Shown here: one piece after another, positions 34,977 to 48,329 of the stretch
Layout of the letters: every line of letters begins with the position of its first letter
Numbering within the stretch: position 1 is the first letter of the stretch
Assembly: GCF_002113885.1 (NCBI RefSeq)
Contig: NW_018408820.1
Coordinates: 1,284,754-1,348,753, forward strand
From: Mizuhopecten yessoensis
Taxonomy: Eukaryota
DNA: 64,000 nt
Direction: 5' to 3'
Program-made: the position numbers and the translations under genes
The notes under the pieces: generated by a model
Seen by the model: only the letters and a program-made list of their open reading frames with translations
What the model was told of the DNA's origin: nothing
Databases searched by the model: none

Positions 34977-35701
34977 CCACAGGTACTAGCCTCGTCTGTC
35001 AATACACCTATAATATATATATAATATATATGTTATAACGTCACGCTACCACAATTGGTACAATTTTGAGGGTTTTTTAGTCATATTTAAAAATTCAGAT
35101 CTTGTATCTGGAACGTTTCTTGATTCCTGACAAAGACTACCTATGGTGGTTCATTTTCAAGAAAAGATGTATATCTAGGTAATTTATCTTTGAAAATAGA
35201 ACGCTAAACTCGGAGTGAGATTTCGTCCGTTTTTCGTCCGTAAATAGTACCCATATTGGTACACCATATCACAGACTATCGAAACTGTTTTTATTTCTAC
35301 AAGTTGATGTGCCGATTACAACAAAATATATTGCTTTTATAGATACCATACTGAACTATATTTGTATATATTCACTTTTATATTATCCGAATGTAAGGAC
35401 CAGAAATCAACATTTAAACATGCTTATATTTAACCCCTTGAAAATCCTCCAAAATTTCGTCGACGTACGTCGTTTTTACTTGTTTTCTGATATGTTTACT
35501 TTGAAGTCATCGTGTACTCTTAAAATGTTCCTGAAAACAAAACTATTCGGCAGAAATGCTGATAAATATCTATTTTGTTATACTGTCAAAGAAAAATGCT
35601 GAAATTTAATTTTAAAGTACTATTCGAACAATTGTCTGACCGTGTACCAATTGTGGTAGCGTGACGTTAGGTGTATTGACAGACGAGGCTTGTACCTGTG
35701 G
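34977..35701. mobile_element. MITE (or nested pair) with ~60-bp terminal inverted repeats
   Basis: CCACAGGTACTAGCCTCGTCTGTCAATACACCTA-(TA-rich)-TAACGTCACGCTACCACAATTGGTAC is mirrored by GTACCAATTGTGGTAGCGTGACGTTAGGTGTATTGACAGACGAGGCTTGTACCTGTGG. Confidence 0.8.
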
Positions 35702-37589
35702 TTGCTCCAGAGTACTACATCAGACTAACAGGTCTTGAAAGAAAGGTACTGCCTCTTCCCTCTAGCCCTCATTCATTCATTACTAAACGGCATTGACGAT
35801 TCCACAAAAATCGTAAAATCTCCCTCGATTACAGAACTGGACTGCGGAGGTTTATTTGAGGTCAGCTGACTCATTTCCTACCAGAGTGTGCGAACATATC
35901 ATCGAGGATAGTATTGGGCGCTATTATAGCCGATGGTTCACTGGCAATGTCTCATAATTACCCACACATCAGTGAAAATTATCATCATCCATGCTCTACA
36001 CATACATTTTTTCTTGGAAAGCAGTGAAAGATTTTTTAAACGCACCGTGGATAGAAGAGATTAACAGATGGATGCTTCTAAAATACATACAAAGCTAAGC
36101 CCATAATCGACCTCAAATACGTTCAACAGTTACGTCATTTCATTATCATTTGCTTCAGAATTGAATTTCAACAGATTAGGAGCTGGAATTTGGTCGTACA
36201 ATAAGGGCACACCCCTTCCAGGAGAAGTCTAGGGTTCTTTTTGCGACCATGGGAAACAATTTTCGAAAGAATTAATCTGGGTCTGTCGTTGTTTACTTCG
36301 TCAATTTTGTGAAAATCAAGTGTTCTCCTTGATATTGGACAACATTTAACACGGTTGATTCTTGAAACTTTGGTATCCTCAACTTTCAACTCTCTGGCGG
36401 ATCTCATGCCTCGATCTCCACCGATTCCACGTCAGTCCTTCAGGCTAGGTTAATTTGTCTTGCTGTTGTGGCGTATCTGGAAAACCTTAGGGAAGGAGCC
36501 GTATGTACTTTACTCCCTTGCTTTGGAATGTTATTGCAATATCAGGACCAGGTCGTTAAATCACCTTCATGTTTTGTGTAGACATTTTTTCAATCATAAA
36601 GCCCAGTTCTCTCAGAATAAACCTTGGATATCCCCGTGTTCAAGACAATTCATAGGACTTGGACAGATTCTCGTTGTTTTGTTGCAACTTCCTTGAAATT
36701 TCGCCCATTGGTCTTTATGTTTCCAATGTCAAACGAGATGTCTGGCGTTGTTTACTCTCTCTAGTTTAGAGTTCTGTTCATGAAGGCGTTCCATCCTTTT
36801 TGAGGGCACAGTGATCATTTCTTCCTACATGGCCGGGAACTGTTTGCTCGGACTCCTGGAACTGCTGGTCGTTGTGTAATAGTGGCAAATATCCTTAGTC
36901 AGTCAAACTTTATATAACATGAACGACGACGGCATCCGCCTTCACAGGTGGGTATTTTCTTTGGATGGCTCGCTAAAGCAGGCTCTTTGCATGAGATGGC
37001 TCGCTAAAGCAGGCTCTTTGCATGAGATTGCTCGATATTATCTTCTTTTCTGTTGTCCAGATGGATAACCTGTTCTTGGTATCAGAAGGTAAGCGAACAT
37101 TCACGAGGCTTATATTTGCTTAAACATGGTACATATTGTCTTTGAGATGAACAAATATGTTACGTGACTAATGCTATGTGATAAACAGATGTTTTCTTGT
37201 ATATCCCTATTAAAACATTGAGACAATCCCCCTTTTCTGGACACTTATTTATAAGTGTTCCTTTTCTGAAGAAGGACCTACAGTTTAACGTCTTGTTCGC
37301 AGTGTAATCCTGGCACTTAGTGAATCCTCGATTGGCGTTTGTTACTTATCAGACATCTGGCTGTGAACAGGCAAAGTATAATGCGTTCCGTGGCTTTTCT
37401 GATTCTCCGGTCTGTCAAGGAAATATCTACTTGTTGCATGTCTGTATTTTATGTTCCAATCCATTTGTTTTGTTGAGCAAAGGATGTTTCCTCTTACTCA
37501 ATGACAAGTCTGTTCCTGGCTTACTTCATTGGCCTAAAACAGCGCGGTTTCCTTCTTTGTCATTTTAATGTCTTTGTCTAACGTCCCTC

Positions 37590-37850
37590 GAGATTGAAAT
37601 CCTGTATCAGCCTATATCAGATGCTTACTAAGATACCTCAATCTTTACATAAGTCTCACGATAATCGTAAGGAATTCGATTTTTCCCTTTCTTGACAGTA
37701 ACATCCCTGTCCTTCACCTACAATGTTCATATGTCGCAATTGAACTCAATGGTTTGCTCCGAATATATCACTATTTCCGTGATAGATGTCGACTGCTGAC
37801 GGACATACTAACAACACAGGATTTTGATAAATGTAAGTTGATGAAGATAA
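37590..37850 (+). mobile_element. Degenerate Penelope-like retroelement reverse-transcriptase fragment
   Basis: Frameshifted pieces read HDNRKEFDF..FPFLDSNIP..Y..SQL..YHYFRDRCRLLTDILTTQDF, resembling the PLE RT C-terminal motif YDKRDDFNF..FPFLDSNIP..YISQL..F..R..LLT.KL..QGY. Confidence 0.6.
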
Positions 37851-38224
37851 TGTGTATTTTTAAGGTTGCCTTTGTGATTTCATTTGAAGAAAAAATGTAT
37901 TCTCTTATGCGATATAAAAGTCGACTTTTTATTATTCTCATTATCTTGTCTTGTTGTTTGTTGTCACCACCCAGGTTTTTTGCCTCTAGGACATTGCTGG
38001 CATTCTCTCTTGTTTTCTTAAACCTGATTAAAACGTTTCTTTCGATTTTTCAAACGAGAGCAGATTGACTTTTCAATTTAAGCTAATTCTAAGTTGATCC
38101 GTCACCCTATCAGGTTGTCATACAAAGGAATCAATTTAGCATATTTGAATTTTAATCGTGCCAATGCCAGCGAGGCTCTTTTCTTAACGTGACATTCTAA
38201 TAAGATGTTATGTCTGCGATCTGG

Positions 38225-38565
38225 TGCTTCCCAGTATCTTTCTCCAGAGTCTGTAAAAATGGTAGTTTCTACTCCTGCTTAACGCTCAGCAATTTAGGAG
38301 TGGGCCGACTGGTTCGCCCGTTGTCAGTTTAATGTGACCGGGTGGGGTGTCCTGCTGGGTGTCTTCGGCAGTATGTTTCAGTGAGGTAGCACCATAAAGT
38401 CGGCATCAGTTCCGCGCTATCACAAGGAAACAAACACGAACATATCACAGCCTCCCAAAACGCACACACATACACTACACGGATGCATTTTGCACACAAG
38501 GGAGGCCGTCCTGAAATGACCATAGCTGTTGATAGGACGTTAGACAATACTAAACCAAACCAATC
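38225..38565 (+). mobile_element. SINE with Meta-domain-like core
   Basis: GCTCAGCA..AGGAGT..GACTGGTT..GTCAG..TAATGTGACCGGGTGGGG..TTCAGTGAGGTAGCAC core and a GCTGTTGATAGGACGTTA..(AAACC)n tail. Confidence 0.6.
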
Positions 38566-41093
38566 CGGGTACGTGTCCTGCAGCCTAACTTCGATTCTCT
38601 ATGAAGGACACCTTTAGGAATGTTCCTAACATTTCCATTTCCACTGTTTTATTTGGTGCAACATTTCTACAGTTAGTATTGTACAGTGACATGTCAATTA
38701 TAAATGTTAACTAAATATTTTTCTTTGTAAAATATTCACTAGCTCATTCTGTATATCGTATTTCGATCCCTCCTTTTCCTGAGATTGGTGATACCTTTTC
38801 GGCCTCATGAGAGCTTACTCTGGACACATAATACATTGCCGCTGTTTGCCAACTGCTATCAATGTTACTAATTATGCTGAACACCACAGTCATAATCAAG
38901 AGAGATCTGATAACTCGTTACGGTTACTCGGGTGGGCAGGCAAAAATGTAACTATCGGTGATGATATTGCAAATAAATTACCGGTCGTGTTTCCAAGTAA
39001 AGTTTTGAGCATATCTGTGATCATAGCATTGGACAGTGTTGAAATAAAATATATGACCAAGTGTAATAGAGTTATATTGCTGGCTGTCAGTGCGCCGGTG
39101 CTGGCCATATAATTAATTGTCTTATGTCAGATAAGGCTTAGTATATGACCTGTCGGGGTCAGGGGATGCTGAACTGTATTCCATGTCTATTTGCACCTGA
39201 TATTGATATAATATGATATTTCACTGTATCTATGTCATTTGCCAATCCCAGATCAGGCCTTTGAGCTAGACACACGTCTCTGTTAACCCTTGAGGACTAA
39301 AACAACATTAAACACAACGATTGGTGTTTATTATTTGTATCCGAGAGACTTGGAGGGTAACAGACAGGACAAACATGCATGACTGGCACAGTCATGTTCC
39401 TGAAACATATTGCAAATTGTATCGGAAGTGTTTGGAAGGAAACATCCGGGATCTTACATAAGTCGTTACACTGAGCACAAATTGTCTTTATATTTGATCA
39501 ACCGTGTTTATTAAATAAATGTAAAGCTAAGTTTGCTACAGACCTATCCTTCATGAGACGTGACCAGAAGTGTGTGTCTGAACAGGTGTGCCACTATTAC
39601 ACATGGCGCAGAGTAATGTAACACAACTTGGGTAGAACTCTCGTTCTTTAACACGAGATCTGGTAGAGGTTCCTGGTCTGATAAACATACAATCACACGT
39701 ATATGATGCCAGGTTCTTTCCTTTTCATCTACTTTACAAGCATATACATGTTATACTGTATTACAATACGAATACAATAATCAACTGCACAACTTACACA
39801 TACGTAATATCTATATGGGTGTTTATCAATACTTGTTCATAAAAGCTTCCCGTCTTTTGTTTTGGACATTTAAAGGTCCAAAAGATCTTTTGCATTTTTT
39901 TCCACTCAGCAAATTGCACAGGTTCTTAAGGTATGTCCTTTTGTGTATGAAATATCCATTTACACACGTTAAACCATTAATATCTAATGCACAGGAAAAA
40001 TCAATAAACACGTGACTACCCGTATTACAGTAAGAACTAGGATAAAATGTTATAGAATATATGGATCCTCAGGCCTTTTTGTTAATATGACTTTGATCCG
40101 AGACAAAATATCATCTATATGTTAATAAAACCACTTCCTTCGACAAATATGTATCCAAAAGGTTGGAGGAGAGATGAAACAAACACAGTTAATATTTTAA
40201 CGATGTTTAATCAATGAACATACCAAGAAAGAATTTTGAGGAGAGAGAAAACACACTGAGTTAATATTTTGACGATATCTAATCAATCAAGATGTCCTGA
40301 ACAAGATGTGGTGCACCTTGTTTACATTGAATCGTTCCAGGATAATAAAAAATACTGCAACTCATTCTATATCACGAGTCTTCCCTCATTTATAATGTGT
40401 AAACATTCATTTTTATTCCTTTGATCATGGAATATCGTTTGTCCGCTTCAAAAGAGAAAATAGTTCAATAATGGGACAATGTTCAAAAAACACATATAGC
40501 CACAAACAGTTTAAATAGATTACGTCAAGGGCGACCACATCAAAGACATGTACTGATTCCTGATAGGATTTGTATGGACAATTGTCTCACTGGCCAGGCC
40601 TACATGTCGTAGTAGTGAAATCGAACTGCAACTTCTTTGGGATGACTACGTTTCGAATCATCACATGTCACCGAGTAAAATCATCAACAAAGTTCCATTT
40701 CCTTTTCGATACCACGAGTCTACTTTAAAATGGCAAAAACGTGTGTAACGATCCAATCAGCTGACATCTATCCATTTCTTATTATTATTTTCTAATCTAC
40801 TTATTGAGCAACAAGCGTTGGTTCAGAATTAACCCTTACAGTTGAGTATTAACAGCACATGTGCAGCTGACGCAAGTATAGACACTTAAAGTTTCACTAA
40901 ACCAGAGCTCTTATCTCAAAGAAAATCAAATAGGGACACAAAATAAACTAATATTGCGACATTTCGAATGTCACACTGTCAAGGTGACATATGTTTGATT
41001 GAAATTCGTTATTAAATGTACCCCCATATACTAATGGTGTTATCACATGCCGTTCAGATGCTGAAGTAGAATATATTGTTCGTCGCAATGGTC

Positions 41094-43196
41094 CTAACTA
41101 CTATCGAACTTGTACACTTCAAATGCTACATCCTCTTTTTGTGATGTGACCAGCAGCTCGTGTCTGTGCGGGTGCACCACTATGGCGCAGGGCTTGGCGA
41201 TGCCGTTTAGTCTCTGCATAATTACTCTGGTTCTTGACCCCTCCCACGAAATCTGGTGGATGTTCCCGGTCTCGTACACACACACGTATATGTTGCCATC
41301 TTTATCTAGACCGATTCCACGTGGTTCCCGCAGGCCCCGACATGCGTAACGGAAGGCCTCGGTTCCATCCTGCGCCCGACAAACAATGGCGTTACCGTCC
41401 CGGTGACAAAACGTCCGCTGTGAGTTTGAAGCCGCTACGTAAGCACAGTCCCCAGTTTTCGGGATCGACTTGAGTTCCCTGCCCTCAATAGAAAGAAGTT
41501 TCACGTCATTAAAAGTGCCTGTTAGTATACTGGTACCGAAGACAGCTATGCCATACGTAAATTCCGGTACACTAATTTTGTCAACCGTGGTAAGGACACC
41601 ACCTTGTATGTTACATCGCAGGATCGTCTTGTTCAGGTGCATAGCCACCAGTACCTCCCTGGCCTTGCATCCTCGGGTGACGTCAATAGGCTGGCCCTCT
41701 AACACGTGATCGCCCATGTAATCATACGTCTCGTTAAACAACACAAGACGGTTGTTTTTACAATCGGTTAATATAACACCTTCTCCGTCAATGTAGACGC
41801 CACCAGTCAAATGGATCTTGTAAGCTCCTCCGAGACCAAGACAAGCAACGGACTTGACCATAGACAGATTCGCTGTCAGCACGTCCAAGGTTTTAGTCGG
41901 TGATGCGGGTGATGCTGGCGATGTTGGTGGTGAAACCACCGGAACTTGCTGGACGTCACTGAGCATGTCTGAGCCTGCCCACGTATCGGCTAAAGATGGT
42001 GATGTAGGCATCACATTGAGAGTATCAATCAGTGTAGTGACGTGTGTGAGCACATCTTGTGACGAAGAGGATTTCGACGTCGACACATCAACTCGTCCTA
42101 AACTGGTCAGAGCATGAAGGATTTTGTCTAATCCTTCGTTCACATTAAGTATGAGATCAACATCGTTGTGTATGTCCTTGACCTTGTGATGTAGTCGCCG
42201 GAAGTGGCTAGATATCTGGGAAATCGTTTGTTCCCTACCTATAAACCTCTGAACACTCGATCCTTGTGTGTCCAGTAGAGCCATATACGTATTGCAGTTT
42301 TCCACATTTGTGAAAAACCCTTTCACAAATTTTTCGCGATTCCATAGGACTTCACTTTGCGATCTGACCACGTGATCAACATTTTCCTGAAATCTAGTGA
42401 ATAAGTCATCAAGAGTATTTTTTGATCTTTGAACGTTTGCAGACATGGTTTCCAAAAGTGCCTTTTTTCTCAGTTCAAGCTTTTCCCTGTTATTTTCACT
42501 TTCATTCACTAGTTTTCCTGTCTCCTCTTTCATTCTACTCCATTCTGACTGCTGGGAATAAAGCTTCGTCTTTGAAACTATGTTGTCAATACTTTTGTAG
42601 CGTTGACAGGATCTGTGGGAGAGAGTGATACACATGGAACAGCAGAGCGAGTTATGGTCCAGACAAAACAGTTCCAGCCGCTTCCCGTCATGCTCAGGAC
42701 AGGTTTCATTGACACTAACCACTGGGCTATAGCTGGTACGCGCGTAGTCCTCCCATGGGATAGTGGTGTGCTTGGAAGACATTTTATTTTTCCCGTGAGC
42801 ATCACCGCACGTCTTGCATATCGCTTCCATACATTCTCTGCACCAGACATGCGCCGTGACCTTCTGGTCGTCCCTCAAACAGGCGTCACAAGCCTTTGCC
42901 ACCTCTGACCTACTGCCATGTAAACCTGGGTTGTGGAATGGGAGGTTTACAGGCAGAGAGGTTGCCCATTTACTTGCAGGAGCCGTGGGCTCCTTGGGTA
43001 AAACAGGATGGTCACAGGCAGGACAGGGGAAATACGTCTTTTCCTGGCTGATCACGCGCTCATTTCGGATGTATTTGTCGATACAGAGGAAACAAAAGGC
43101 ATGGTAGCATGGTAATTCTCTAGGATCCATGCAGTCCCGAAGACACAGCATGCACTTGAATGACGAAACGTCGGAGTATGTGTTTCGCGCCGCCAT
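41094..43196 (-). CDS. TRIM-NHL-like E3 ubiquitin ligase (RING, two B-boxes, coiled coil, NHL-like beta-propeller; 700 aa), single coding exon
   Basis: ATG at 43196 just after acceptor TTTTTCCAG (exon starts 43217). RING CMLC..CYHAFCFLC..CPAC; B-box1 CDAC..CREC..CKTC..H..H; B-box2 CPEH..CLDH..CSMC..H; C-terminal EPRGIGLDKDGNIYV NHL repeats. Probable 5' UTR exon with its donor near 43615. Confidence 0.92.
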   Translation of the reverse strand: MAARNTYSDVSSFKCMLCLRDCMDPRELPCYHAFCFLCIDKYIRNERVISQEKTYFPCPACDHPVLPKEPTAPASKWATSLPVNLPFHNPGLHGSRSEVAKACDACLRDDQKVTAHVWCRECMEAICKTCGDAHGKNKMSSKHTTIPWEDYARTSYSPVVSVNETCPEHDGKRLELFCLDHNSLCCSMCITLSHRSCQRYKSIDNIVSKTKLYSQQSEWSRMKEETGKLVNESENNREKLELRKKALLETMSANVQRSKNTLDDLFTRFQENVDHVVRSQSEVLWNREKFVKGFFTNVENCNTYMALLDTQGSSVQRFIGREQTISQISSHFRRLHHKVKDIHNDVDLILNVNEGLDKILHALTSLGRVDVSTSKSSSSQDVLTHVTTLIDTLNVMPTSPSLADTWAGSDMLSDVQQVPVVSPPTSPASPASPTKTLDVLTANLSMVKSVACLGLGGAYKIHLTGGVYIDGEGVILTDCKNNRLVLFNETYDYMGDHVLEGQPIDVTRGCKAREVLVAMHLNKTILRCNIQGGVLTTVDKISVPEFTYGIAVFGTSILTGTFNDVKLLSIEGRELKSIPKTGDCAYVAASNSQRTFCHRDGNAIVCRAQDGTEAFRYACRGLREPRGIGLDKDGNIYVCVYETGNIHQISWEGSRTRVIMQRLNGIAKPCAIVVHPHRHELLVTSQKEDVAFEVYKFDSS

Positions 43197-43314
43197 TTTT
43201 CCAATCCACAACACGACCTGGAAAAAATGATAAATACAAATATAGAAGAGTATTTTTATATTTAGTAGAGTAACTGTAGGTCGAGAGGTAAATTCGTGGT
43301 AAAGAATAACATTC

Positions 43315-43585
43315 TGTAACGAGCGAGATATATTTGGTGCAGGGGCCATATATTCTATGACGAAGATTATAGGACAAAATCTGCAACGGAAAATTCATAT
43401 GTGGTACGAGAGCCACTATATATGTAACGAGCGAGATATATTTGGTGCAGGGGCCATATATTATATGACGAAGATTATAGGACAAAATCTGCAACGGAAA
43501 ATTCATATGTGGTACGAGAGCCACTATATATGTAACGAGCGAGATATATTTCGTGCAGGGGCCATATATTCTATGACTAAGATAA
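43315..43585. repeat. 108-bp tandem repeat (~2.5 copies) in the TRIM 5' intron
   Basis: TGTAACGAGCGAGATATATTT recurs at 43315, 43423 and 43531. Confidence 0.9.
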
Positions 43586-44091
43586 ATAAAACAACCCGGT
43601 AAAGCAAATCATTACCTTCTAAGCCTGGCGGAGTTGAATCAAGGCGGGTTGTACCGTCCGTTCCGTGAAATACGCTCTGTTGAGTTTAATCGGGACGGGT
43701 GTGGGTACTGTTGTACTGTGCAACAATACACATATGCCACTGTCATATAGTTATACGTAAAAGGTGCCAAGTCAAACTTCAATTTCCACGAATAACTAAC
43801 AATAAAGCCAGACACCACTATCCGGCACAGCAGACTGGTACTAATACGTACAGCACACATACGTATTAAACTGGTTTGTAACATGAATAACCTAAAAATA
43901 GACCAAATTTCCTAGCTGTTACGCCTGTATTGGGAGATACCCATTTACGTACGGTTTTTACCGACAATACCTAATGTGCGTGGTGTATGACCTGAATACA
44001 CTATTAGGTTAGACTTATGTCAGTTCCTAATAACAATTATTTTGGGAAAACCCGATTCATGTTACATTCGGATTTACCGGCTTATCTTGAT

Positions 44092-44195
44092 CACAGCTAT
44101 CTGTCACGAATGAGAAAAAAAAAGATACTTATGCACAAATATAATAATAGTAAATTATTATGTTTATTTTGTCTCATTCGCGATAGGTAGCTGTG
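44092..44195. mobile_element. Short CACAG...CTGTG MITE with 8-bp TSD (hAT- or P-type)
   Basis: TIR CACAGCTATCTGTCACGAATGAGA / TCTCATTCGCGATAGGTAGCTGTG; flanks ATCTTGAT / ATCTTAAT. Confidence 0.65.
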
Positions 44196-44726
44196 ATCTT
44201 AATTGGGACTAAGCATGGATAAATTTATTCGTATATATTAAAGGGACATACCGTTAAGAACAATATTTCAGTTATTGAATGTGTAGGATCCCCATATTCA
44301 TAGTCCGTTCCAAATGTCAAGTTTGACCACTTAAATTGTTCAGGAAAGCCCTGTTAAAAAAGCGCCGATATGCACTTACAAAATTATTTAGTATTTGATA
44401 TCAGGATGACTGCATTTATACTTCAGATAGGTATATAGAGTTTAAATGTTTCAATACAGTAATTAACGCTATTCAACCTTACTTGCGTATTTTTTATGGA
44501 TTATAAAAGGATAAATAAGATATTTTAAAGACAATAAATGCACACCAACGAGTATAGTGTCATGTGCGTGCGTTTGTTTGGGTTTTTAGCCAGGGTCATG
44601 TGAGGACGAGTGCCTAGGGAGACACCGCCTGAAACAGAAAGTAATTAGAAAAGAAAGAAGACAGGAAAGATAGAAAACAAAAACGACCACGGCCCAAGTG
44701 TTGTAATGACGGTAGCAGATCAATTT

Positions 44727-47700
44727 TGGTCTCTTTAATTTCATGTCCCGTACGAAGAAGACAATTTAAGGAAGAAAATCCCCGATTCTTCTGTAGTCCC
44801 ACATTAGTCTCCCTTTACGATACACATGTCGCGGGGGTACAGTAGGAAAATTCTTCTGTAGTCCCACATTAGTCTCCCTTTACGATACACATGTCGTGAT
44901 GTTACAGCAGGTCAATTCTTCTGTAGTCTCACATTAGTCTCCCTTTACGATACACACGTCGCGGGGTTACAGTAGGAAAATTCTTCTGTAGTCCCACATT
45001 AGTCTCCCTTTACGATACATGTCGTGAAGTTACAGCGTCTCTTTAATTTCATGTCCCGTACGAAGAAGACAATTTAAGGAAGAAAATCCCCGATTCTTCT
45101 CTAGTCCCACATTAGTCTCCCTTTACGATACATGTCGTGAAGTTACAGCGTCTCTTTAATTTCATGTCCCGTACGAAGAAGACAATTTAAGGAAGAAAAT
45201 CCCCGATTCTTCTCTAGTCCCACATTAGTCTCCCTTTACGATACACATGCCGTTGGGTTACAGCAGGTCAACTCTTCTGTAGTCCCACATTGGTCTCCCT
45301 TTACGATACACATGTCGCGGGGGTACAGTAGGAAAATTCTTCTGTAGTCCCACATTAGTCTCCCTTTACGATACACACGTCGTGGTGTTACAGCAGGTCA
45401 ATTCTTCTGTAGTCCGTCATTGGTCTACCTTTACGATACACATGTCGCGGGGTTACAGCAGGGGAATTCTTCTGTAGTCCCACATTAGTCTCCCTTTACG
45501 ATACATGTCGTGAAGTTACAGCGTCTCTTTAATTTCATGTCCCGTACGAAGAAGACAATTTAAGGAAGAAAATCCCCGATTCTTCTGTAGTCCCACATTA
45601 GTCTCCCTTTACGATACATATGCCGTGGGGTTACATCAGGTCAATTCTTCTGTACTCCGACATTAGTCTCCCTTTACGATACACATGTCGTGGTGTTACA
45701 GCAGGTCAACTCTTCTGTAGTCCAACATCAGTCTCCCTTCACGATACACATGCCGTGGGGTTACAGCAGGTCAACTCTTCTGTAGTCCGACATCAGTCTC
45801 CCTTCACGATACCCATGCCGTGGGGTTACAGCAGGTCATCTCTTCTGTAGTCCGACATTAGTCGCCCTTTACGATACACATGTCGTGGGGTTACAGCAGG
45901 TCAACTCTTCTTTAGTCCAACATCAGTCTCCCTTCACGATACACATGTCGTGGTGTTACTGCAGGTCACCTCTTCTGTAGTCCAACATCAGTCTCCCTTT
46001 ACGATACACATGCCGTGGTGTTACTGCAGGTCAACTCTTCTGTAGTCCCACATTAGTCTCCCTTTACGATACACATGTCGTGGTGTTACTGCAGGTCAAC
46101 TCTTCTGTAGTCCAACATCAGTCTCCCTTTACGATACACATGCCGTGGGGTTACAGCAGGTCAACTCTTCTGTAGTCCGACATTAGTCTTCCTTTACGAT
46201 ACACATGCCGTTGGGTTACAGCAGGTCAACTCTTCTGTAGTCCGACATTAGTCTCCCTTTACGATACATGTCGTGAAGTTACAGCAGGTCAATTCTTCTG
46301 TAGTCCCACATATGTCTCCCTTTACGATATACATGCCGTTGGGTTACAGCAGGTCAATTCTTCTGTAGTCCCACGTTAGTCTCCCTTTACGATACACATG
46401 CCGTTGGGTTACAGCAGGTCAACTCTTCTGTAGTCCGACATTAGTCTTCCTTTACGATACACATGCCGTTGGGTTACAGCAGGTCAATTCTTCTGTAGTC
46501 CCACATATGTCTCGCTTTACGATATACATGCCGTTGGGTTACAGCAGGTCAATTCTTCTGTAGTCCGACATTAGTCTCCCTGTACGATACACATGCCGTT
46601 GTGTAACAGCAGGTAAATTCTTCTGTAGTCCCACATTAGTCTCCCTTTTCGATACACATGTCGCGGGGTTACAGCAGGTCAATTCTTCTGTAGTCCCACA
46701 TTAGTCGCCCTTTACGATACACATGTCGTGGTGTTACTGCAGGTCAACTCTTCTGTAGTCCAACATCAGTCTCCCTTTACGATACACATGCCGTGTGGTT
46801 ACAGCAGGTCAACTCTTCTGTAGTCCGACATTAGTCTCCCTTTACGATACACATGTCGTGGTGTTACTGCAGGTCAACTCTTCTGCAGTCCAACATCAGT
46901 CTCCCTTTACGATACACATGCCGTGTGGTTACAGCAGGTCAACTCTTCTGTAGTCCGACATTAGTCTCCCTTTACGATACACATGCCGTAGGGTTACAGC
47001 AGGTCAATTCTTCTGTAGTCCCACGTTAGTCTCCCTTTACGATACACATGCCGTAGGGTTACAGCAGGTCAATTCTTCTGTAGTCCGCCATTAGTCTCCC
47101 TTTACGATACACATGCCGTGGGGTTACATCAGGTCAATTCTTCTGTAGTCCGACATTAGTCTCCCTTTACGATACACATGTCGCGGGTTTACAGTAGGTA
47201 AATTTTTTTGTAGTCCAACATCAGTCTCCCTTTACGATACACATGCCGTGGGGTTACAGCAGGTCAATTCTTCTGTAGTCCGACATTAGACTCCCTTTAC
47301 GATACACATGTCGCGGGTTTACAGTAGGTAACTTTTTTTGTAGTCCAACATCAGTCTCCCTTTACGATACACATGCCGTGTGGTTACAGCAGGTCAACTC
47401 TTCTGTAGTCCGACATTAGTCTCCCTTTACGATACGCATGTCGCGGGTTTACAGTAGGTAAATTTTTTTGTAGTCCAACATCAGTCTCCCTTTACGATAC
47501 ACATGCCGTGGGGTTACATCAGGTCAATTCTTCTGTAGTCGGACATTAGTCTCCCTTTACGATACACATGCCGTAGGGTTACAGCAGGTCAATTCTTCTG
47601 TCTTCTGTAGTCCCACATTAGTCTCCCTTTACGATACACATCCCGTGGTTTTCCAGCAGGTCAACTCTTCTGTAGTCCGACATTAGTCTCCCTTTACGAT

Positions 47701-48286
47701 ACGCATGTCGCGGGTTTACAGTAGGTAAATTTTTTTGTAGTCCAACATCAGTCTCCCTTTACGATACACATGCCGTGGGGTTACAGCAGGTCAACTCTTG
47801 CGTACCCCTACATTAGTCTCCCTTTACGATACACATGCCGTGGGGTTACAGCAGGTCTATTCTTCTGTAGTCCCACATTAGTCTCCCTTTACGATACATG
47901 TCGTGGAGTTACAGCAGGTCAATTATTCTGAAGTCCGACATTAGTCTCCCTTTACGATACACATGCCGTGGTGTTACATCAGGTCAATTCTTCTGTAGTC
48001 CCACATTAGTCTCCCTTTACGATACACATGTCGTGGTGTTACAGCAGGTCAATTCTTCTGTAGTCCCACATTGGTCTCCCTTTACGATACATGTCGTGAA
48101 GTTACAGCAGGTCAATTCTTCTGTAGTCCCACATTGGTCTCCCTTTACGATACATGTCGTGAAGTTACAGCAGGTCAATTCTTCTGTAGTCCCACATTAG
48201 TCTCCCTTTACGAAACACATGCCGTGGGGTTACAGCAGGTCAATTCTTCTGTAGTCCCACATTAGTCTCCCTTGGGTTACAGCATG
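44727..48286. repeat. 65-bp satellite array (~50 copies) with interspersed ~110-bp variant units
   Basis: Unit TTCTTCTGTAGTCCCACATTAGTCTCCCTTTACGATACACATGCCGTGGGGTTACAGCAGGTCAA. Confidence 0.95.
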
Positions 48287-48329
48287 TCAATTCTTCATCT
48301 TTTCAATGTCCCCTAAACAGAAGAAACCA

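Noticed and set aside
36100-37200. Possible Polinton/virus-like decayed coding region
   Set aside because: Only vague peptide resemblance with many stops; not supportable without a search.
38792-38815. Hammerhead ribozyme-like core on the minus strand (CTCATGAGGCCGAAAAGG)
   Set aside because: The CUGAUGA core is mutated, and no closing GAAA/stem III or cleavage triplet could be built.
38896-39108. 70-aa hydrophobic minus-strand ORF
   Set aside because: No splice partners or motifs; within chance expectation.
43197-43349. N-terminal 51-aa extension of the TRIM ORF (751 aa in the track)
   Set aside because: It runs through a polypyrimidine acceptor and intronic repeat; the ATG at 43196 is the more plausible start.
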